A stretch of DNA of 64,000 nt from a virus: IMG/VR virus record IMGVR_UViG_3300036390_000001, positions 1 to 64,000 of that record, one strand, 5' to 3'. Shown in pieces: positions 1 through 9,580 of the stretch; the stretch's first letter is position 1, and each line of letters opens with the position of its first letter. The notes under the pieces were generated by a model that worked only from the letters and a program-made list of their open reading frames with translations, ran no database searches and was not told the DNA's origin. The translations under genes were made by a program, and so were the position numbers.

Positions 1-52
1 ATAAAAAAAATCCAAGCGACTATGGTTTTGCTCTTGGCAGAAATACAACTGT

Positions 53-469
53 ATGGGAAAGAAGATAGTTGTGAATCAAAAATCCAAGCGCGGAGGCGCC
101 CGCAGAGGCACTGGACCAAAACCCAAGCCAGTTACCAAGCAGAAGGTAACTGTGTCAATCTACGAAGAAACTAAGGAGATTATGAAAAACTTGGGCAATG
201 GCAATGTCTCTGAGGGTGTAGAGATAGGCGCCCGCATCTACGCTGAAATGACTGCTGATAAATTCTTCGCACGGGCGCCAGTATCTGAGCAGTGTCGATT
301 GCTTCTAGAGATGGCGCAAAATGACCCCGACTCTATTAAATCAGAAGAAAGTCAGCGCCGCATTGCTGATGTTCTTGAAAAGATTGAAAGCTTGGGTATT
401 GAGTGCGCGTATGAAGATGCAATGACTGATGGAATTATTGAGTCAAAAAATAATTGTTGCATTATATAG
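53..469 (+). CDS. Small DNA-binding protein
   Basis: Basic RGGARRGTGPKP motif followed by an RHH-like segment. Confidence 0.45.
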   Translation: MGKKIVVNQKSKRGGARRGTGPKPKPVTKQKVTVSIYEETKEIMKNLGNGNVSEGVEIGARIYAEMTADKFFARAPVSEQCRLLLEMAQNDPDSIKSEESQRRIADVLEKIESLGIECAYEDAMTDGIIESKNNCCII

Positions 470-483
470 AAAAAGGAACGAGT

Positions 484-696
484 ATGCTAAAAAAATGCTT
501 TTTAACAGATGACGAATACATCCACAACACAGCGCATTTGTCTACAGAAGAACTGGAGCAGAAGCAAGCAGAGGCGCATGAAATGAGCAATGGCGCATTC
601 AAATGGGTTGACGAAGAGGCAATCGACCTACCCTACTCGCCAACATATCGCCACATATCGCGCGAAGACATGGCTTTAACAAAGCAGGGCAAATAA
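484..696 (+). CDS. Hypothetical protein
   Basis: ORF with AAGGA RBS upstream of ATG 484. Confidence 0.45.
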   Translation: MLKKCFLTDDEYIHNTAHLSTEELEQKQAEAHEMSNGAFKWVDEEAIDLPYSPTYRHISREDMALTKQGK

Positions 697-815
697 CCTA
701 TCTCTATATCAATCACAGGCGCCTCCCCAAAAGATGCCTGTCTTGTAAAGTCTCGCTTAGGGTTACCCGGACGCGCGAGCTTTACGCTTTTCCATGTGCA
801 GGAAAAATATCAATC

Positions 816-1808
816 ATGGAAACCTTAACCCTAGACCTAAAATCCCTAGTCCGGCGCCTGCTCAACAAGCAACCAACCCTAGCGGCGTGGGTAGATGTAT
901 GCGATATATATATAGATAAATTCGAGAATCACTTTTCGACTTGCTTAATAATTGATTGTAAATTTGAAGCGCTCGCCAATTTTATACGCGCAAATTTAAG
1001 GGCGTTTCTTGAGCCAATAGCAAATACAAGTCCCATCCCAGTGCGTATTATCTATCAAGATACAGTGCTTGCTGCGTACTTACCTCTGTTAGAATTGTCA
1101 CCAAATGATACGACAATGGGACTAACTATGGTAACGACGACTTTAGCGCCTCAACAAACTGAGACACAACCTTCAATAGCTCTAAACCAAATTCCTAGCT
1201 CAATAAGAGACTTGATTCATGAGCAAGTGGCATCTTTAAAATTACCTGTCCATTTAACCAAAGATGGTTACTCTATCCCACAAACAAGCTTTGATATTGC
1301 GTGGCAACATGTGGGTAATGCTGTATGGCAACAAGAATTCGGCAAAGAAGCACCAACAAACGGCGCCGCACCTTCCTCAGCAACAAAGCCAGCTAAACCC
1401 GCAGCCAATAACAATAATGAGAAGCGCGCTTCTTCCCAAAAAACAGAGGTGCCACGCATATTATTGATGCGCGAAAAACTCAAGCCCGAAGAAGATATTA
1501 TTTTGGGCAGGAATGGCATTAAAGCAACCTTGGATAAGTTTTTAGCAAAGGTATCCTTCAAGCATTTCACGCGCGAGCAAGTCTTAGAAGGTATTGCTAA
1601 TGGCTCCGACCACGGCAATCAACTACTTCAAAAGCTGCATGAGGCTTATGCCAAGAAAGATGGCATATACAAAGTGCGCCCCCAAGAATGGGAGAAAACC
1701 AAAAACAAGATAGTTGACGAGGCGAAAAAGTTATTGGCACCTCCATCACCGGAAACATCAACAGAGCAGTCAGAAGCCAAGCAAGAGGCTGAAACTACCG
1801 CGCAGTAA
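816..1808 (+). CDS. Hypothetical protein
   Basis: 330-aa ORF directly upstream of the portal gene. Confidence 0.6.
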   Translation: METLTLDLKSLVRRLLNKQPTLAAWVDVCDIYIDKFENHFSTCLIIDCKFEALANFIRANLRAFLEPIANTSPIPVRIIYQDTVLAAYLPLLELSPNDTTMGLTMVTTTLAPQQTETQPSIALNQIPSSIRDLIHEQVASLKLPVHLTKDGYSIPQTSFDIAWQHVGNAVWQQEFGKEAPTNGAAPSSATKPAKPAANNNNEKRASSQKTEVPRILLMREKLKPEEDIILGRNGIKATLDKFLAKVSFKHFTREQVLEGIANGSDHGNQLLQKLHEAYAKKDGIYKVRPQEWEKTKNKIVDEAKKLLAPPSPETSTEQSEAKQEAETTAQ

Positions 1809-1823
1809 GGGAAACATGGGAGG

Positions 1824-3230
1824 ATGCACCCAACTGACATTGCCTCCCTGCCCTCCTATCTATCCAAAGCTTATTTAAGTAGCTTTGAAGAAATGCAGCT
1901 CGCCCACGACGTTTACCACGACCTAAAGGGCTGCATCAGAAAGTATTTACCAAAGGAATTGAAAGAGCCTCAACAGGCATATGGTGACAGGCTCAAGCGC
2001 ACCCGCTTCGACAATCGCTTCAAGCCTGCCATCGGTGGACTGGCTGGATTACTGGGGGAATTTACGCTTAACGAAGATGTGGCGCCGTCAATACTCGACG
2101 CTAAAAATAATGTCGATGGGCAGGGCAACAGTTTACACGCCTTCTTTTCCGAAGCTGATACTCTAGCGCTGCGCGATGGTTGGTGCGGCATTTACGTGGA
2201 ATATCCACCAGCTAGCAACGAGATTGAATCGCAGGCCGACTTTATAGCTAGCGGCAGGCGCCCATACTTCGTATTAATCGACAGGCGCGACATATTGAAC
2301 TGGCGCTTTATTTGGCAGGGCGATATTCAGTACTTAACTCAAGTCACTATAAGGGAGCGCAGAATCGTACCTGACGGCGCCTTCGGGGAGGCAGAAAAAA
2401 TTTACTACAGAGTGCTAACACCTGGTCAATACCAAGTCTTTGAAATCATTGAAAATAAACAAGACTTTCAATTGTTGCTTATTGAAGAAGGCGCCACGAG
2501 TTTGGATTTTGTACCACTCGTGTATTACTCGGTCAACAAAAGCGCGTTATTTTCAGCCGAGGCGCCGTTACTCAACCTTGCTGAACTAAACATTGAACAC
2601 TTCCAAAAGCGCAGCGAACTTAATGAGGTAATGCGGAAATGCAACCTGCCTGTACCAGTAAGGCAAGGGTTGATACGCAATGCCGAAGATATTAAGAAGG
2701 CGCCACCGATAATCATTGGACCAAATTCAGGCTTAGATATTCCAGCGGATGGCAAGTTTTATTTTGCTGAACCAAGCGGTGCCGCCATAGCATCAACCGA
2801 GCAGCGCATCGACAAACTTGAAGCCGCAATGGATAGACTCTCTCTCGCATTTTTAACAGGTGGCGAGAACAATCGTACTGCGACAGAGGTAATGCTTGAC
2901 TCGGCACAAACCACAGCCAGCCTTAAACAACTAGCCGAACGCAAGGAAAGCAACGTACAGCAATGCTTCCAATTTTGGGCTGCCTACACGGGAGAGGTTG
3001 AAGGCGGAACCATTAGCCAAGACAAGAACTTGCTGCAAATGCCACTGGCGCCTGAAGCTACACAGCGCCTCATCGACCTCGCGCAAACAGGCTTCATTAG
3101 CCACGAAGCTTTATTGCTTTTATTGCGATTAGGGAAAATACTGCCGCGCGAATTCGATATACAGCGCGAACTACAGCTTGTTGGAAATACAAGAGGAGAT
3201 CAATTCAATGAAGACCAAGCCACTAACTGA
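1824..3230 (+). CDS. Portal protein (DUF4055 family)
   Basis: 468 aa; YLPK..E..Y..RL, N(V)DGQG, ILNW, PLLNLAELNIEHFQ motifs. Confidence 0.88.
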   Translation: MHPTDIASLPSYLSKAYLSSFEEMQLAHDVYHDLKGCIRKYLPKELKEPQQAYGDRLKRTRFDNRFKPAIGGLAGLLGEFTLNEDVAPSILDAKNNVDGQGNSLHAFFSEADTLALRDGWCGIYVEYPPASNEIESQADFIASGRRPYFVLIDRRDILNWRFIWQGDIQYLTQVTIRERRIVPDGAFGEAEKIYYRVLTPGQYQVFEIIENKQDFQLLLIEEGATSLDFVPLVYYSVNKSALFSAEAPLLNLAELNIEHFQKRSELNEVMRKCNLPVPVRQGLIRNAEDIKKAPPIIIGPNSGLDIPADGKFYFAEPSGAAIASTEQRIDKLEAAMDRLSLAFLTGGENNRTATEVMLDSAQTTASLKQLAERKESNVQQCFQFWAAYTGEVEGGTISQDKNLLQMPLAPEATQRLIDLAQTGFISHEALLLLLRLGKILPREFDIQRELQLVGNTRGDQFNEDQATN

Positions 3231-3354
3231 TACAGAGATATTTCAACTTGTAACAATCTCCGAGCTTGATATAGAGAGAGCCATAAAAATCGCGCACCCT
3301 ACTCTCAAGCCATTTTTGGAAGCTGGCGCCAAGCAAAATAAACCCGCATCCTGA
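3208..3354 (+). CDS. Small hypothetical protein (48 aa, not in ORF track)
   Basis: GAGGAG RBS; MKTKPLTDTEIFQLVTISELDIERAIKIAHP...; overlaps the portal 3' end. Confidence 0.55.
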   Translation: MKTKPLTDTEIFQLVTISELDIERAIKIAHPTLKPFLEAGAKQNKPAS

Positions 3355-3415
3355 AGATTCTTCAGGATGTAAGACGTAAGACAAAAACTACATCAGCAAG
3401 AATCTTGCGGATGTA
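3347..3415. promoter_or_regulatory. Two related tandem palindromes (putative operators or hairpins)
   Basis: CATCCTGAAGATTCTTCAGGATG and TACATCAGCAAGAATCTTGCGGATGTA. Confidence 0.5.
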
Positions 3416-3436
3416 ACATTTAAATACATTAACTAC

Positions 3437-4036
3437 ATGCTGGAATTCGACGCGCGCTCCCACCGGTACAGAAACACGCAGACAGGTCAATTCGTGCGCT
3501 ATGCCGAAGTACTGAAGCTCGCTGACGAAGAAGTAAATCGCCTAGAAGTTCGGTTGCAAGGACACGCGCGCTTGTTGAATTCTGGAAAAATTGGCATTGG
3601 CGATTTTCAAGAACGCATGGCTTCTTCATTGAAAGAGTCGCACCTACGAATGGCAATGCTCGGCGCCGGAGGCAAGAAAGGCATGAACCCGCAGCAGTAT
3701 GGGTACGTGGGGCAGCAGTTACGCAGGCAATACGAATATTTATATAAATTTGGTAAGACATTAGAAGGCGCCACCTTGACCGAAGCTCAGATACTAAGAC
3801 GCGCCAAGAGTTACGCCAAGAGCGCGAATATTGCGTTTAGACAAGCTGAATTTCAAGCGCGCGGCCGTGTTGGATTTTATGCCAAGCGCTTACTTGACCC
3901 ACAAGCTAGGCATTGCACTGAATGTATTAGTTACCAGGTTTTGACATGGACGCTAATTTCTCAGATAGTGGCGCCGGGTGTTAATTGCTCGTGCGGCGGT
4001 CGGTGTAGATGTCGAGTAGTTTTTAGGAAGCTATGA
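3437..4036 (+). CDS. Head morphogenesis / minor capsid protein (Mu gpF-like)
   Basis: Follows portal; HC..C and C.C.GRCRC C-terminal motifs. Confidence 0.7.
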   Translation: MLEFDARSHRYRNTQTGQFVRYAEVLKLADEEVNRLEVRLQGHARLLNSGKIGIGDFQERMASSLKESHLRMAMLGAGGKKGMNPQQYGYVGQQLRRQYEYLYKFGKTLEGATLTEAQILRRAKSYAKSANIAFRQAEFQARGRVGFYAKRLLDPQARHCTECISYQVLTWTLISQIVAPGVNCSCGGRCRCRVVFRKL

Positions 4037-4151
4037 CCAACGGAAACACGAAGGAGGAAATATACACCAAACGAAAGCGATGTATCAACTGCAATTATCA
4101 TGTCCCTCATGTTTCACCAGGAATTTTGGTAAAAACTCCTGGTGATTTTTT

Positions 4152-4622
4152 ATGCCATTTTCCCTAGAACAGCGCTACAAAATACTTACGCACCTGAATA
4201 CAGCGTTACTTCGCTCTACAGAGCAGCGCGCTAACTACGAAGATTGGGGCGCCGAACTTTACCATCTTTCTGCCAAGCTTAACCCCACCGAATACCAAGC
4301 CAACCGTCCACGCCCCCTAGTTTTTGAAAAAGATGACATATGGCGGCGCCTTGATAAAATCGAAGCCGAGTCAGAATTTTTAGTCAATCAAGCACTGGAA
4401 GTAGTTAGTGACCTCGATTTAGTTGAGTCAAACCTAAAAAAAGAGCGTAGTAGCGTCAACAGCGCGCTCAAAAAAGCGGATGTACTAGAGTGGGATACAA
4501 GCGCGCGTTCTGATGCGATGCTCGCTCAACGTGACGAACTAATCGAAAGACTTAGATACTTCTTAGAGCTTCCGCCAACTCCCCAACATGGCGGTGGAGG
4601 CGCGAGTTTGTACAGAAGCTAG
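4152..4622 (+). CDS. Putative head-tail adaptor
   Basis: Position; LKKADVLEW motif and C-terminal G..LYRS. Confidence 0.55.
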   Translation: MPFSLEQRYKILTHLNTALLRSTEQRANYEDWGAELYHLSAKLNPTEYQANRPRPLVFEKDDIWRRLDKIEAESEFLVNQALEVVSDLDLVESNLKKERSSVNSALKKADVLEWDTSARSDAMLAQRDELIERLRYFLELPPTPQHGGGGASLYRS

Positions 4623-4672
4623 GGACTGTTATCGGGAACTCTGGCATTGCAGATTTTATAACTTTTTACAAA

Positions 4673-5476
4673 ATGGCAGGCTCCTTAACCGACTATTGCG
4701 AAGCGCAATTACTCAATCACTTATTTGGCGGAATTCCCTACAACTTCCCCTCGGTGTTGTACTTCGGGTATATGGTCGGCGTGCCAGGTGAAACTGGACC
4801 AGGCGCCGAGCCAAATTTTGGCAGCTACCAGCGCGTGGCAGTTGATAATAACACCATTAATTTCCCAATCACCACAACCCAAACCAAGAGCAATGCAACA
4901 GAAATACAGTTTGCAGAGGCAACAGCAAATCACGGACTCGTCCAGGCTGTTGGTGTCTGGGACTCTCCTGTTGCTGGTAACTTGTTATGTTATTTTCCTC
5001 TTGCGAATCCTATTAATATATCCGCTAGCGATGCAATGAAAATCCCCCCAGCGTCGCTAACAATAGCGTTTCAGGCTGGCGGTTTTTCTAATTACGTCAA
5101 AAATGCTTTTCTCAATGCTTTGTTTGGAGGCGCCCCCTTCAATTTAATCCCTATCCTTTACGTGGGCTATTCCACCACGGCGCCAACCGACGCAGTTGCT
5201 GGAACTGAACCATCAGTAGGCGGTTACGCGCGCGCTCAAATTGCCAACTCCGCGCAAATGTTTCCAGCGTCTTCGACAGGCGTTAAAACAAACGCACTAG
5301 CCGTTCAATTTCCAGAAGCAACAGCAAGTCAAGGCACTGCGACCCATATTCAATTCTTTGATTCTTTGAGTGGTGGTAACTATTTGGGTAGATACCCACT
5401 GGCGCCCGTACAAGCAATCAGTCAATACACAATCCCAGTAATTGGCGCAAACGGCATCAATATCACTTTGGATTAA
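4673..5476 (+). CDS. Virion structural/tail fibre-associated protein with internal duplication
   Basis: Two copies of an EP..GSY.R / N...I.F..AT..G.V..D...GN.L domain. Confidence 0.65.
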   Translation: MAGSLTDYCEAQLLNHLFGGIPYNFPSVLYFGYMVGVPGETGPGAEPNFGSYQRVAVDNNTINFPITTTQTKSNATEIQFAEATANHGLVQAVGVWDSPVAGNLLCYFPLANPINISASDAMKIPPASLTIAFQAGGFSNYVKNAFLNALFGGAPFNLIPILYVGYSTTAPTDAVAGTEPSVGGYARAQIANSAQMFPASSTGVKTNALAVQFPEATASQGTATHIQFFDSLSGGNYLGRYPLAPVQAISQYTIPVIGANGINITLD

Positions 5477-5513
5477 TTACCTTCGCAACCTTCGTATCCG
5501 AAGGTAGTTAACT

Positions 5514-6206
5514 ATGTCTACTCAACTTTTAATAGGAAGCGCGCTTGCATCCCTTGCCGAAACCGAGATTGGAGAGCTAAATCTAGTCAAAAATATCGCC
5601 AAGCCAGGGCGCTTTGAAACTAAGACAGTAATGGCGGTTGGTAAAGTTGTTCGCGAGCGCAGCTTAGTAACAAAACCCTGCCTTGTTACCTCGAACATCA
5701 CTGGTACAATGCGCCGGAAGCTGATTTTCCCAATTGGCTCAATGGCTACAAGCTCAAACGGCGCCGTTAAATTCTTCTTGGCGGTCAATCCCGTGGCGCC
5801 TCCCGAAGCCACTATGTACCGCGCTTCCATATCTACGCTTTTATCAGGTGGCAAAACTCCGGCTTGGCGCTCAAGTCAAATTACCAAGGGCGATTTAGTC
5901 CCAGTCACTTTCAAAGTACAAGGTCAAAAGCTCGAAGGGCTGTTTGCCGAATTTACAGCAACTCGCAAGGACGACCCAGATGCGGCGCCAATTGTTAAAA
6001 CTGGCAATGCATTTCATTTGACGGCGCCTGTCGTTGATTCAAAAACCAGAATTGAAACTATGGCTGGCAGCTTCGCAATTGAACCTGCTGATACCCTGAG
6101 CTTTCCTAATCAAGAAGTTGAATTAAGTTACAGACTTAGGTTATTAGATGGAATCGGGCGCGTCTACACAGTTGAATGCGGTTCTTTTACTGTTAAAAAT
6201 TGTTAA
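5514..6206 (+). CDS. Putative virion protein (Ig/BppU-like C-terminus)
   Basis: C-terminal GD...F.V ... Y.L...DG.GRVYTV..G.F.V pattern. Confidence 0.5.
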   Translation: MSTQLLIGSALASLAETEIGELNLVKNIAKPGRFETKTVMAVGKVVRERSLVTKPCLVTSNITGTMRRKLIFPIGSMATSSNGAVKFFLAVNPVAPPEATMYRASISTLLSGGKTPAWRSSQITKGDLVPVTFKVQGQKLEGLFAEFTATRKDDPDAAPIVKTGNAFHLTAPVVDSKTRIETMAGSFAIEPADTLSFPNQEVELSYRLRLLDGIGRVYTVECGSFTVKNC

Positions 6207-6210
6207 AAAC

Positions 6211-6480
6211 ATGATTCACAATACAGTAACTCAAGAGCAAATCGACAAATTGCTCGACGAAAGCGACACCCAAGAACATGTATTTTGGGGTAAAGAGTTA
6301 ATGGTTAGCTATCGCCTTAAATGCGGTTTTACTGTTAGCGGACGCGCGGCATGTGTTGACCCACTAAACTTCAATTTTGAGATTGGTCGAAAAGTGGCGC
6401 GCCAAGATGCTGCAAACCAGCTATGGAAGCTTGAAGGTTATCTTCTACAGTGGCGCTTGTATGTACAAGGATTACTTTAA
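6211..6480 (+). CDS. Gp49 family protein (N4 Gp49/Sf6 gp66)
   Basis: GFTVSGRAACVDPLNFNFEIG ... LWKLEGY signature. Confidence 0.85.
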   Translation: MIHNTVTQEQIDKLLDESDTQEHVFWGKELMVSYRLKCGFTVSGRAACVDPLNFNFEIGRKVARQDAANQLWKLEGYLLQWRLYVQGLL

Positions 6481-6692
6481 TGTCAGACATTTCTAAGTTT
6501 GTAAAAGTTTACAAAAATAACGATTTGTTCTTATATTTTCAAGTTGACCATCGTCATCCAGAATGGCTGAAACTCTGTCTTAAGACTTGGCTTATTAATG
6601 CCAAAAATGACTGGCATAGCCCAGGTTTTTGGCTTATAGTGACGCCGAGGTATATAGCAAGGTTAATATGGCTGGCAATCAAGAACCCTTAA
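6480..6692 (+). CDS. Hypothetical protein
   Basis: TAATG coupling with the upstream gene. Confidence 0.45.
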   Translation: MSDISKFVKVYKNNDLFLYFQVDHRHPEWLKLCLKTWLINAKNDWHSPGFWLIVTPRYIARLIWLAIKNP

Positions 6693-6856
6693 AGCCTGAG
6701 CAAGAACTTGGTATCAAAGCTTTTGCGGCAAGCGTAGAGAAAATGAGTCCCGAAGAAGTAAAGCGGCGATTAGCGACTATTCACGAAGCAATGCTTTATA
6801 TGGACAGTTACTACCAACAAAAAATAGCGCGCGCTTGGGGAGTGAAGATTCGATGA
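6668..6856 (+). CDS. nblA: Phycobilisome degradation protein NblA homologue
   Basis: L..EQE..I..F..SVEKMS.EE....L..I...M......YQ......WG matches the NblA consensus. Confidence 0.75.
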   Translation: MAGNQEPLKPEQELGIKAFAASVEKMSPEEVKRRLATIHEAMLYMDSYYQQKIARAWGVKIR

Positions 6857-7266
6857 CATCGCCATTTGTTGACTTTAAAAATGCAGCGCTTGTTTTCAAT
6901 GTGCCAGATGGAAGCTATACAGTTAATTCTGCTGGTAATCGCGTTGCCAATTCTCGCGCATTAAAGATTGAAGCACTGCTCAAACTGTCTAAAGACAAAG
7001 GCGATTTAACCAAATACAGCAAAGACGTTGAAGCTTATGCAGGCGCCGATGGTTACGCCTTCTTATTAGAAGGTTATTTGGTTGAGCCACTGACTTATCC
7101 ATCAGAGATAAACTTCTTGATGGAAGGCGATGCTGAAATCACGCTCACTATTGGACAGCCCAAGATAGGGAGATTCAAGCTTCTACCATTAATCGATTCG
7201 CCTTATTTAATAGGCGCCGGAGTTGAAATCGTAACAGCAATAAAAGGTATATTTAGGGTAAATTGA
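6853..7266 (+). CDS. Putative head-closure protein
   Basis: Position before the gp10-like and tail terminator genes. Confidence 0.5.
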   Translation: MTSPFVDFKNAALVFNVPDGSYTVNSAGNRVANSRALKIEALLKLSKDKGDLTKYSKDVEAYAGADGYAFLLEGYLVEPLTYPSEINFLMEGDAEITLTIGQPKIGRFKLLPLIDSPYLIGAGVEIVTAIKGIFRVN

Positions 7267-7661
7267 TGGCTATAATTATCGACGCGAACAAATTAAATAA
7301 CGCTGTAAATAATGCATTTGATGTGGCTATTGAAGAATTGAGCGATGCTTATGACGAGGCGCTTGAAAGCGACATTTGGCAGTGGGATAGAACCACAGTT
7401 AGGCGCAACGGTGAAATTGTAGATTCTCCGCGTAACGCGGTTGATGAAGAAGAATTGATAAACTCAAAAGTGATTCTTCGCAAGGGCAACAAAGCGAGAT
7501 TTGAATGGCAGGCGCCACACGCTGCTATCGTTCATGATGGCGCCACTCGCGCAGATGGCTCAGATTATCCCGCGCGTCCTTGGACAAAATGGGCGCAAGA
7601 AAACAGCGACCCATCTCTAGCAATGCAGCGGAAGTTAAACAAAAACCTTAACCAACGCTAA
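7266..7661 (+). CDS. Tail completion protein (HK97 gp10-like)
   Basis: SPRNAVD..EL..S, W.APHA..VH.G, PARPW motifs. Confidence 0.65.
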   Translation: MAIIIDANKLNNAVNNAFDVAIEELSDAYDEALESDIWQWDRTTVRRNGEIVDSPRNAVDEEELINSKVILRKGNKARFEWQAPHAAIVHDGATRADGSDYPARPWTKWAQENSDPSLAMQRKLNKNLNQR

Positions 7662-7663
7662 TT

Positions 7664-8083
7664 ATGCTTGACCAACTTGCTTTGAGAAGCGACATATTAA
7701 CAGCAATTGAAAACGAGCTTGGCACCTACAAATTCCCAGACGGCGCCACTGATAAAGCAATATGTATACTCCCAGACCCAGATAGAGGGTTTAATTACCC
7801 CGAACAAGGCACAAAAGTAACTGGTTTGGAATGTGTGATTAAAAAACCTATTCCCGATGTAGCGGCGCTTCTTGGTGGAGGCGCTACTAAAACTTATTGC
7901 TGGGAGATTCACCTCAAGCAGTGGGATGCAAATAAATCTTTAATGGGCGCCTGTGATTTATTAATTAATGGGTTATCTCAAAAATATTTGATAGAGCGCA
8001 CCAGCTACATGCCAATTTATGAGAAGTTGGCAACTATTGAGCAATGCAAGATATTTCTGAAGGATTTTGAAACAAGAATTTAA
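7664..8083 (+). CDS. Putative tail terminator
   Basis: Position directly before the tail tube gene. Confidence 0.55.
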   Translation: MLDQLALRSDILTAIENELGTYKFPDGATDKAICILPDPDRGFNYPEQGTKVTGLECVIKKPIPDVAALLGGGATKTYCWEIHLKQWDANKSLMGACDLLINGLSQKYLIERTSYMPIYEKLATIEQCKIFLKDFETRI

Positions 8084-8141
8084 CTAACTCTAATTCCCAC
8101 AGGAATCCTAGTCAAAGATTTGACTCCGGAGTTGGAAATAA

Positions 8142-8852
8142 ATGTCTAGAACTTTTGTAAGCGGCGGTGGCGACAAGGTAAAACTTTTCGTAGCGCTACT
8201 GCCCCTCGGTGATAGAACCGAGCCACAAGACGTAACTATTACCGCAACAAGCGGTATCACGCTAAACGCAACAACAATTACAGTAAACGCGCTAACAGGA
8301 AGCATCGGCGCCGGCACACCCTTAAAATTTGCTGATGCTGATGATGATTTTGTAATCGTTTATCTAAAAGAAGATGCGCTCGCAGGCGCCACAAGCCTAA
8401 AGATTGAAACAGGCGCCACCGCTTTAACTGGTCCACTCACCTGCACATACAAAGCCAAATTGCGCCTACTTGGTGGTACACAGATGTCCGTAAGTACCAA
8501 CGCGCAGCGCACTGAAACAATGGTATTTGAAGACCCATTAGGCTACGGCGATGGCGTTATTACCAAACAAATGTGGCAGATTCCTTGGACTGCTAACTTG
8601 CTTACAGACGACGAAGCTTACCAGCGCATTTACTACGCAAATATTAATGGTGTATCTGGCCGCGAAGTTTACGTTTGGCAACAAGACCCACCTCCAGCAG
8701 GCTTCAATACAGGCGATGGATTGAAGGGTTCAACCGTAGTAACGAACTTTACTAAGCAAATGAACGCGGACGCGATTGTTACCTTTAACTGCGAATTTAT
8801 GGGACAAGGCGCGCCTATCCTTACCCGTTACGGCAATGTAGTTACCCCGTAG
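8142..8852 (+). CDS. Major tail tube protein
   Basis: Position; G...VTNF......D.IVTF...F.GQG.P C-terminus. Confidence 0.75.
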   Translation: MSRTFVSGGGDKVKLFVALLPLGDRTEPQDVTITATSGITLNATTITVNALTGSIGAGTPLKFADADDDFVIVYLKEDALAGATSLKIETGATALTGPLTCTYKAKLRLLGGTQMSVSTNAQRTETMVFEDPLGYGDGVITKQMWQIPWTANLLTDDEAYQRIYYANINGVSGREVYVWQQDPPPAGFNTGDGLKGSTVVTNFTKQMNADAIVTFNCEFMGQGAPILTRYGNVVTP

Positions 8853-8947
8853 GAACAATAGACCGGGACTTTGAAGGGAAAACGGCGGGAGTAATTAACC
8901 CGCCTCCCTCAATAAAACAGCCCCATAAACATACACAGAGTAGAAAA

Positions 8948-9580
8948 ATGTTGAAACTTCCCTTCAAGACAACCCCAAGAGAATTTGAAAAAGTAACCGT
9001 CGGCGCCCCAGAAATTGGCGAATTAGAATTTCCCAAGTACGGCGACTTAAGTCCCAATGAGCGCGCTTATTTAAAAACACTATTAAAAGACGCGCCTGAT
9101 TTAAGAGCTTCAGCAGTCAGATTGGCTCGCAAAATTTCCACTAAAAGCGGAACTAAATTAACCGATGTTTATAACGCGCTTGTGAGTGCCGACAGCGAAG
9201 CATTAGGTGAATATTTAGAAGAGTTTGTAGAATTCCAAGCGCTCATGGAAGACAACGCAAAACAGCGCGAGATTGCTCTTGTTACGAGCTTAATTCGTTA
9301 TCGTCTGCACAAAGAATGGACTATCGATGACACTGGCAACCCTGAATTATTGCCACTCAAACTATTAGAAGCAATTGCAGAATTCGCGCGCAACGAAGAA
9401 AATGGCTGGCAAGAAGCGCAGCCTGAACAGCAGGAATTAACAGAGGAAGATTTGGGAAAATCGAGCGAGGAGAACTTGAAGAACCAGACTGGGGAGAAAT
9501 CTTCTGGCGCCTCCGAAAGTATTGGAGCAACGAAACCCGCTTCAACGAAGAAAACTTCGGCAACCAACCAACCTGGTTAA
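8948..9580 (+). CDS. Tail assembly chaperone (G)
   Basis: Between tail tube and tape measure; slippery G GGA AAA at 9454-9460. Confidence 0.8.
   Translation: MLKLPFKTTPREFEKVTVGAPEIGELEFPKYGDLSPNERAYLKTLLKDAPDLRASAVRLARKISTKSGTKLTDVYNALVSADSEALGEYLEEFVEFQALMEDNAKQREIALVTSLIRYRLHKEWTIDDTGNPELLPLKLLEAIAEFARNEENGWQEAQPEQQELTEEDLGKSSEENLKNQTGEKSSGASESIGATKPASTKKTSATNQPG

Noticed and set aside
816-1808. Terminase large subunit, suggested by position before the portal
   Set aside because: No Walker A/B or nuclease motifs
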